Origin: Candidatus Scalindua sp.
GTDB lineage: Bacteria; Planctomycetota; Brocadiia; Brocadiales; Scalinduaceae
DNA length: 32,000 nt
NCBI GenBank assembly: GCA_031316235.1
Contig: JALDRA010000001.1
Span: forward strand, 1,830,001-1,862,000
Direction: 5' to 3'
The position numbers and the translations under genes are program-made. Shown here piece by piece: positions 10,153-15,648 of the stretch; the first letter of the stretch is position 1; the number at the start of each line of letters is the position of its first letter. The notes beneath the pieces are model-generated. The model did not search any database and was not told the DNA's origin. It was given only the letters and a program-made list of their open reading frames with translations.

Positions 10153-10179
10153 TCTATACCAGACAGACTTGTCTGTCAA
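10153..10179 (-). promoter_or_regulatory. promoter with embedded 16-bp perfect palindrome (candidate TetR operator)
   Basis: The minus strand reads TTGACA (10179-10174), a 15-nt spacer, then TATAGA (10158-10153). The palindrome GACAGACTTGTCTGTC at 10162-10177 overlaps the -35 box and spacer. It lies 34-49 nt upstream of the TetR start. Confidence 0.45.
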
Positions 10180-10554
10180 GGGGTGAGTCTTCGGAAAATA
10201 ACAGTGCACGATAAGAGAACGAAGCAGGAAAGGGGCTTTGTAAGAGAGATTCGGGGAGAGAGCATAGTATCTGTTCTGTTAAAGCCATAAATATTGAAAC
10301 TTACCAAAACATATACCGTGAGAGACAAAATTGTTTAAAAAAAAGCGCTGCCAATGTTTAAACCTTCTCAGGAATGACCGGGCACGAAAACAGATCTTTT
10401 CAAGACACTCCTCAAACAGTTTCTCATAAACAGTTCCCGATAAAACCCTCAGGCTAGTTACCAGGCAGCCACGAATGTTTCCCTTTCATGATTTCTCATC
10501 GCCGGAGTTTCACCAAATAAGCATTTCGAATCCAGATTTGAAGCAAGGGGTCAC

Positions 10555-10641
10555 ATATACTAAAACCAAGTCCTGGTGAAGGTATACTCGCTCAATTTTG
10601 TCTCGGATTTTATCCGAAATTCAGTATGAGATGAGTATACT
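10555..10641 (-). repeat. dispersed hairpin repeat, copy 1 (subfamily I, short form lacking hairpin 2)
   Basis: The plus strand reads ATATACTAAAACCAAGTCCTGGTGAAGGTATACTCGCTCAATTTTGTCTCGGATTTTATCCGAAATTCAGTATGAGATGAGTATACT. Its reverse complement matches copy 3 at about 94% identity, apart from a clean 28-nt absence of the long hairpin. Confidence 0.9.
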
Positions 10642-10875
10642 ACCTGAGTTTTTGCAAAAGACCTTTAAACAGATAGAGCCGACAGGCAGCCAGAGGTGCC
10701 CGCCTGAACCAACTGTATAAACCTCGTGTTTAAAAAGCTTTCAAATACCCCGTCCCCTTGCATCTTTAGACGTTAAGAGCGAAAAAAGCAGAGATGGTTA
10801 CCCTTTCTCTATACACTCTCTCACGATGGAGCCGTTTCGCCGGTTCCAGCAGACATACACACCTGACTGCATACT

Positions 10876-11148
10876 TCAATTGAGCTTATGCAGTCCGTTT
10901 TCAACAAGGTGTTTTGGCTCTACTGAAGCACCGTTTATGGAATAAACACTGGATGCAATCCTCTCATTAGCGATCCTGCATTTATCGCAGATGCGGTTGT
11001 ATGGCCCTTCACTGATGAACTTTTTGTCACATCTCAAACAGTACCTCTTCTCTTTTGATTTTCTCCTTGCCGGTTTACACACTTTATGTGTCTCTTTTGA
11101 TTTACTCTCTTTACGGTTAATATTTATACATTTTGATATATTTTTCAT
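10876..11148 (-). CDS. small basic zinc-ribbon protein (CxxC-x16-CxxC), function unknown
   Basis: The 90-aa ORF has a strong SD (GGAGGTG) 7 nt upstream of the ATG. The N-terminus is Lys/Arg-rich. It is followed by YCLRCDKKFISEGPYNRICDKC. Confidence 0.6.
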   Translation of the reverse strand: MKNISKCININRKESKSKETHKVCKPARRKSKEKRYCLRCDKKFISEGPYNRICDKCRIANERIASSVYSINGASVEPKHLVENGLHKLN

Positions 11149-11302
11149 GGTTTTTCACCTCCGCCATCACAAACAATACTTTTCCTTGAGAAGTTCCCAA
11201 AATTTTCCCCATTTTTCCGGAAGGTTTTAATAATTCTCATGATTTACAGGTTTCTATTTTATGTTTGTTGACATTTTCACCAGTTTTACTAGAATCTGTT
11301 CC

Positions 11303-12433
11303 ATGCAAAATAATGAGGCGCTTTTAATTATTGCAGATAGCGAAAAAGATTCTAATATGTTTTATGCTACAGGTTTTTCAGCACCTGATCCTTTTATTTA
11401 TCTTCAGTATGTTGATAAAAAGATCATGGTCATACATGACCTTGAAATAGACCGTGCAAAGTCTCAATCTAAGACAGAAAAGGTCCTTTCCCTTTCAAAA
11501 TACGAAAAAATTGCGGCACGACAAAATAGAAAACCTCCAGAACTGATCGAAACCGTTATGGTTATATTAAACGAAATTAAAATAAAAAAGCTTATAGTGC
11601 CTGAAAATTTCAGTATAAAATATGCAGATGCGCTACGAAAAAACGGATTTGAGCTGGAAGTCAGGCAGGAGCCCCTCTTTCCTGCCAGAGAGATTAAAAA
11701 CAAACAGGAAATAAGGTATATAACCAGGGTTCTACGAACAACCGAGAAAGTTCTTTCGAAAGCAATTGATTCCATAGCAAACTCTTCCATCAAAAATGGT
11801 TTTTTGTACACCAGGCATGGCAAAGCAATTACCTCAGAATCGGTAAAAAAAATGATAAATGTTGAATTAATGAAAAATAGCTGTACAGCCAAGCACACTA
11901 TTGTATCCTGCCATGAACAATCATGCGAACCACATAATGTAGGAAGCGGACCGTTAAGGGCCAACGAGTCTATCATATTTGATGTTTTTCCGAAAGATGA
12001 AGAAACAGGGTATTACGCAGACATCAGCAGGACTATTGTCAGGGGGAAAGCTTCTCTTTCACTTAAGAATATGTACAAGGCTATAGAGTCTGCTCAGAAC
12101 TTAGTATTCAAATTAGCCAAAAGCGGTGCTGACGGCAGCAATATCCATAGTAAAGTTGTCCACCATTTAAAGTCACTTGGATATACAACAGGAAAGACCG
12201 GGGGTAGAATGAGAGGTTTTTTTCATGGAACCGGTCATGGAGTCGGCCTTGATCTCCACGAAACTCCACGAATTTCCCGTTCGAAATATACCTTAATGGC
12301 AGGAAACGTGGTTACCGTTGAACCGGGGCTCTACTATCCAGGCATTGGAGGAGTAAGACTTGAAGACATGATACATATTACCGATGACGGATGTATCAAT
12401 TTGACGAAATTTCCAAAGATACTGGAAGTATAA
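11303..12433 (+). CDS. M24-family Xaa-Pro aminopeptidase/dipeptidase
   Basis: This is ORF 11261..12433. I prefer the ATG at 11303 (MQNNEALLIIADSEKDSNMFYATGF, a creatinase/prolidase N-domain style). The M24 metal-ligand pattern is present: FDVFP..YYADISRT, HGTGHGVGLDLHE, VVTVEPG, GVRLEDM. Confidence 0.85.
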   Translation: MQNNEALLIIADSEKDSNMFYATGFSAPDPFIYLQYVDKKIMVIHDLEIDRAKSQSKTEKVLSLSKYEKIAARQNRKPPELIETVMVILNEIKIKKLIVPENFSIKYADALRKNGFELEVRQEPLFPAREIKNKQEIRYITRVLRTTEKVLSKAIDSIANSSIKNGFLYTRHGKAITSESVKKMINVELMKNSCTAKHTIVSCHEQSCEPHNVGSGPLRANESIIFDVFPKDEETGYYADISRTIVRGKASLSLKNMYKAIESAQNLVFKLAKSGADGSNIHSKVVHHLKSLGYTTGKTGGRMRGFFHGTGHGVGLDLHETPRISRSKYTLMAGNVVTVEPGLYYPGIGGVRLEDMIHITDDGCINLTKFPKILEV

Positions 12434-12456
12434 GATAAATCTAGCAGAACTTGTTT

Positions 12457-12626
12457 TATACTCATCTTATACTGGTTTTCGGATAAAATCCGAGAAAAAA
12501 CGGAGCGAGTACAGGTCCTCGGCGTTTTTTGTCCGGGGAAAGCCCTCGGCAAGCTTTTGTCAGGGGATAACAGCAACCAGGCTTCGGTTTTGAGAAAAAT
12601 CTAAAACCAAAGCGGTTTCAGTATAC
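12457..12626 (+). repeat. dispersed hairpin repeat, copy 2 (subfamily II, long form with duplicated insert module)
   Basis: The sequence is TATACTCATCTTATACTGGTTTTCGGATAAAATCCGAGAAAAAACGGAGCGAGTACAG, then two roughly 28-nt units (12515-12541 and 12542-12570), then ...CAGCAACCAGGCTTCGGTTTTGAGAAAAATCTAAAACCAAAGCGGTTTCAGTATAC. It starts 24 nt after the peptidase stop and ends 37 nt before the next start. Confidence 0.9.
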
Positions 12627-12662
12627 ATGCATTTTTTCTCCTTTTTTAAAGAGGTGTGACAT

Positions 12663-13178
12663 TTGTCCTGTTTTCAAAAATACCATCGACAAAAAAGGGG
12701 AAAAATTTTACCCATACTGACAGTTATTCTTGGAATGTTCACGTCATTGAGCGCCTGCAATAAATCTGAAGAGATAAAAGATGCAGAAAAATCTCCTTCG
12801 TTTGCTGCAGAATCGGATCCGGGAGAGAACAGTCTTAAAAATGCCATGAAAAAGACATCCAGGGACGTACGGCGGTTATCAAAGGCCCTGGAGAAAAAAG
12901 ATTGGGTTGAAATAGAGATGTGGGCAGAAGAGCTGAAACGTGGCATTGGAGCCAGTTGTGTAAACTTGTATATAAAAAACCACTCAGGTGCCTCAGGTGA
13001 ATTTATTATATTGGGTGACAGATTTTATAACGCTGCCAACAAATTGACCATTTCCTGCCAAAACCATGACATTCAGGCTGCACATACCGAATTTAATATG
13101 ATGCTGAAGTCATGTGATGATTGCCATGAAGGCTACAAAGAAAGCAGAGAAGCAGGGAGCAAGAGCATTGTTAACTGA
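12663..13178 (+). CDS. class II cytochrome c (cytochrome c'-like) lipoprotein
   Basis: The 171-aa ORF has a single CxxCH heme c motif near the C-terminus in the cytochrome c' context (SCDDCHEGYKE). The body looks helical. The N-terminus is lipoprotein-like (ILPILTVILGMFTSLSAC). A TTG start is preceded by AGAGGTG. Confidence 0.55.
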   Translation: MSCFQKYHRQKRGKILPILTVILGMFTSLSACNKSEEIKDAEKSPSFAAESDPGENSLKNAMKKTSRDVRRLSKALEKKDWVEIEMWAEELKRGIGASCVNLYIKNHSGASGEFIILGDRFYNAANKLTISCQNHDIQAAHTEFNMMLKSCDDCHEGYKESREAGSKSIVN

Positions 13179-13200
13179 AATAGTTGCCCAACACCTTCCG

Positions 13201-13458
13201 CTACTCATCTTCATCTTCTTCATCTTCTTCATCTTCTTCATCTTCTTCATCTTCTTCATCTTCTTCATCTTCTTCATCTTCTTCACCAGGGGCTTCTACC
13301 TCAGATCCGGTTTTCTTGCCAGTACCAAAAAGATCACCCGCTCCGATAAAGAAGGCAGTTGCCGACACACCAAGTATAAGAAGGCACACAAAACCACCCA
13401 ATTTCCGAATAATATCATTCATCATGATACTGTCTAACTTTTTAAAAAGCTGTTCCAT
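13201..13458 (-). CDS. small single-pass membrane protein with poly-acidic (EED)8 C-terminal tail
   Basis: The 85-aa ORF has an AGGAG SD 7 nt upstream of the ATG at 13458. It contains one hydrophobic helix (GGFVCLLILGVSATAFFIGAG). The tail reads GEEDEEDEEDEEDEEDEEDEEDEEDEDE. Confidence 0.6.
   Translation of the reverse strand: MEQLFKKLDSIMMNDIIRKLGGFVCLLILGVSATAFFIGAGDLFGTGKKTGSEVEAPGEEDEEDEEDEEDEEDEEDEEDEEDEDE
13204..13284 (-). repeat. 9-bp coding tandem repeat (TTCTTCATC on plus strand, about 8 units)
   Basis: Direct reading of 13204-13284 shows CTCATCTTCATC followed by (TTCTTCATC)n. On the minus strand it encodes (EED)n. On the plus strand it generates spurious poly-Ser and IFF-repeat ORFs. 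Confidence 0.95.
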
Positions 13459-13512
13459 CGGTATCTCCTAAATAAAAAATGGCTATAGATTACGATCGCT
13501 AAAACAGGTGGA

Positions 13513-13540
13513 ATTATACATTTTTACAATAAAAATTCAA
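13513..13540 (-). promoter_or_regulatory. sigma70-like promoter candidate, TTGAAT-16-TATAAT, for the acidic-tail protein gene
   Basis: The minus strand reads TTGAAT (13540-13535), a 16-nt spacer, then a perfect TATAAT (13518-13513). This lies about 55 nt upstream of the ATG at 13458. Confidence 0.4.
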
Positions 13541-13645
13541 GAGATAATTCATTTATCTACTCTTAAATTCTGAACCAAAGCAAAACCTAAGTCAAGCATA
13601 TCCTGATGAGCTCTTTTAAAATTGCACTACGGCTTATTTCAAAGC

Positions 13646-14005
13646 TTAGGGGGTAATTGATTCTACTCTGAGTTTTTTTTTAAACTTCAAGGCTACCCCA
13701 TATTTTGTACCGTATCCGTTCACCTCTCTTTCATCAGCATTTATATCTGTCCTGATAATCACGCCAGATCCTGTAAGCCTTACCGTCTTGTTCGGTAAAT
13801 CGGATTCAGTTGAAGATATAGTTATTTCAAGTGCAAAAGTTTTCCCGATGGAAAACTTTTTGATATCCTCTTTTATTACCTCAAAATAGACACCTCCTGA
13901 ACAGATATTCTTTGATCTGATCTGATGGTCATTTAACCTGATTTGTACCGCCTGTTTCCGTCGTTGGTCTGCACGTCTCTCTTCTGCCCTTGAAAAGTTA
14001 TCCAT
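13646..14005 (-). CDS. PilZ-domain-like protein (putative c-di-GMP binding)
   Basis: The 119-aa ORF has an N-terminal Arg-rich RxxxR-type stretch (ERRADQRRK). It is followed about 25 residues later by NICSGGVYF, which resembles the (D/N)xSxxG PilZ motif with Cys in place of Ser. The size fits a stand-alone PilZ protein. Confidence 0.5.
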   Translation of the reverse strand: MDNFSRAEERRADQRRKQAVQIRLNDHQIRSKNICSGGVYFEVIKEDIKKFSIGKTFALEITISSTESDLPNKTVRLTGSGVIIRTDINADEREVNGYGTKYGVALKFKKKLRVESITP

Positions 14006-14009
14006 TTAT

Positions 14010-14122
14010 TATACTCATCTCATAATGGTTTTCGGATAAAATCCGAGATAAAATTGAGCGAGTATACCTTCACCAGGATTTGGTTTCCGGTAAAACCGGA
14101 AACCAAATCAGTTTTAGTATAT
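14010..14122 (+). repeat. dispersed hairpin repeat, copy 3 (subfamily I, canonical form)
   Basis: The sequence is TATACTCATCTCATAATGGTTTTCGGATAAAATCCGAGATAAAATTGAGCGAGTATACCTTCACCAGGATTTGGTTTCCGGTAAAACCGGAAACCAAATCAGTTTTAGTATAT. It contains hairpin 1 (TCGGAT-AAA-ATCCGA) and a perfect 15-bp hairpin 2 (14077-14091 paired with 14095-14109). It differs from copy 6 at 3 of 113 positions. Confidence 0.95.
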
Positions 14123-14274
14123 ACCCAACCAATTATAGTGCCAATCAACCCACAAAAAAATAAACCCGTTGCGCGCAGTGAATTCAAGCCACATTAAGCT
14201 CTGCACCCTTTCGCCAGAAGTTCAGAAAAGATGAATTCTCCTTAACTGGTGTCGACAATGCCATACAAAGGCGT

Positions 14275-15648
14275 TCATTTTGCGCAGCGAAATCCAATAC
14301 CTTTATTTCCAAGTCTCGGATCCACGGCCTTTCTCGCTGTGGCTCTCAGCAAAAGACCAGTACGGGCAAATCGAGAGCCTCCCCGAACACTCTTTTTTAT
14401 CCCTTCCTCAGGCCCCTGCGGATTTTTCTTCGGACTTACCGTATAGTATAATACATCTGCCCAGTCAGAGCACCACTCCCCCACACTGCCTGCCATATCA
14501 TAGCAACCAAATGCGCTCTTCCCCTCTTCATAACTCCCAACCGGTTTAGGGTCCCCAGGTTCAGAACTGCCAACATTACATTTCTCTGGGTCCCATATGT
14601 TTCCCCATGGCCACTTTCTTTCATCTCCCCCCCGAGCAGCCTTTTCCCATTCAGCCTCTGTTGGCAATCTCTTCCCTGCCCATTTCGCATATGCAAACGC
14701 ATCATACCAATCAACCCTCATTACGGGAAACTCAGGATTGTTAAAATAATCATCTGCCCAATTTGAAGGAACATGACTTTTGTCCGCAGGCTCATCTTCA
14801 TGACATTTGCTATGGTCTGAAGATGCCTCCATGTATTCCAGAAATTCATAATATTGGGCATTTGTCACCTCATACCTGTCAATATAGTATCCATCCAGGT
14901 AAACTTCATGGCTTGGTCTCTGTTCTATCTTGACATCATCAAACCCCATGATAAACGGACCTGCCGGAACAAAAACCATAGTACATTTTTCCTTAATTCC
15001 CGGCAAAGCATTCTTCATAACCGTGTCTCTTTTTTCTTGAGATTCCGCTAATTCATTTTTCCTGTCTATAATGGACTGCAATACTGACATTTTTAAAAGG
15101 ACCTTATCCCTGTCTTCTGCTTCAGGTTGCAGTATGCAGTAGTTCCTGAAGTGCTCTATAGCTTTTTCTGGCGCTCCAATCTTCCCGTAGAGCCATGCTG
15201 TATTGAATTGAAGTTCTGGTATGTCGGGATATAAGTCGATAGCTTTTTTATACTCTCTCAGAGCCTTATCAAACTCTTCTTGATCTGAAAAAGTGTTGCC
15301 CTTTTTTAAACATTTCGAGGCTTCCGATTTATTTTCAAGATGTTTCTGTTCATTGGCAATGACCTCTTCAGCGGTTAACAGTTTTCCACCATCTTCCCTG
15401 CAGAACTCCTCACCAGAAAAACCACTCTTTCCGCAGACAGAACAAAGAGGAAGCTTTTCAGTTTTTATTAATTCGCTCCCGTCTTTACCGCAAAACTTGA
15501 CATTATTTGAGTAATTAGTACCACACTTGGGGCATTCATTAACCGGTTCACTATTTGGATGTACCGTCTCAGCACTTGTTACCGATACAAGAAACATCAA
15601 ACAAAACGCCAGTAGTAATTTAAGCCAAAATATTTTTATGTAAATCAT
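14275..15648 (-). CDS. formylglycine-generating enzyme (SUMF1/EgtB/PvdO) family protein with N-terminal double zinc-ribbon and TPR-like region
   Basis: The 457-aa ORF starts with a signal-like N-terminus (MIYIKIFWLKLLLAFCLMFLVSVTSAE). Two CxxC..C zinc-ribbon units follow (CPKCGTNYSNNVKFCGKDG and CSVCGKSGFSGEEFCREDG). The C-terminal FGE-sulfatase-domain motifs are RLPTEAEWEKAARGG, GNIWEW-type GSVGEWCSDW and RGGSRF. The 5' end overlaps the valS 3' end by 29 nt. An alternative ATG lies at 15597. Confidence 0.8.
   Translation of the reverse strand: MIYIKIFWLKLLLAFCLMFLVSVTSAETVHPNSEPVNECPKCGTNYSNNVKFCGKDGSELIKTEKLPLCSVCGKSGFSGEEFCREDGGKLLTAEEVIANEQKHLENKSEASKCLKKGNTFSDQEEFDKALREYKKAIDLYPDIPELQFNTAWLYGKIGAPEKAIEHFRNYCILQPEAEDRDKVLLKMSVLQSIIDRKNELAESQEKRDTVMKNALPGIKEKCTMVFVPAGPFIMGFDDVKIEQRPSHEVYLDGYYIDRYEVTNAQYYEFLEYMEASSDHSKCHEDEPADKSHVPSNWADDYFNNPEFPVMRVDWYDAFAYAKWAGKRLPTEAEWEKAARGGDERKWPWGNIWDPEKCNVGSSEPGDPKPVGSYEEGKSAFGCYDMAGSVGEWCSDWADVLYYTVSPKKNPQGPEEGIKKSVRGGSRFARTGLLLRATARKAVDPRLGNKGIGFRCAK

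Noticed and set aside
10322-10333. 12-nt match (GAGACAAAATTG) to the repeat family core, and a GGGTATACT string near 3640
   Set aside because: These are isolated short matches in AT-rich sequence with no flanking similarity. They could be chance or very old fragments and are not enough to call copies.
10505-10550. TTCGAATCC string resembling a tRNA T-loop
   Set aside because: The surrounding sequence cannot be folded into acceptor, D or anticodon arms, and no matching 3' acceptor strand is present.
12334-12576. ORFs 12334..12576(-), 20446..20664(-) and 27728..27982(-), which share peptide strings such as PGQKTPRT and FSRILSE
   Set aside because: The similarity comes from the nucleotide repeat family. 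Copies differ by indels that are not multiples of 3 and by whole modules, so no reading frame is conserved. The ORFs also run antisense into neighbouring genes or spacers.
13114-13471. Plus-strand ORFs encoding poly-Ser (13184..13471) and IFF-repeat (13114..13437) proteins
   Set aside because: They are alternative-frame readings of the 9-bp tandem repeat. The minus-strand frame has a strong AGGAG SD, a promoter and a credible transmembrane helix. The plus-strand frames have none of these.
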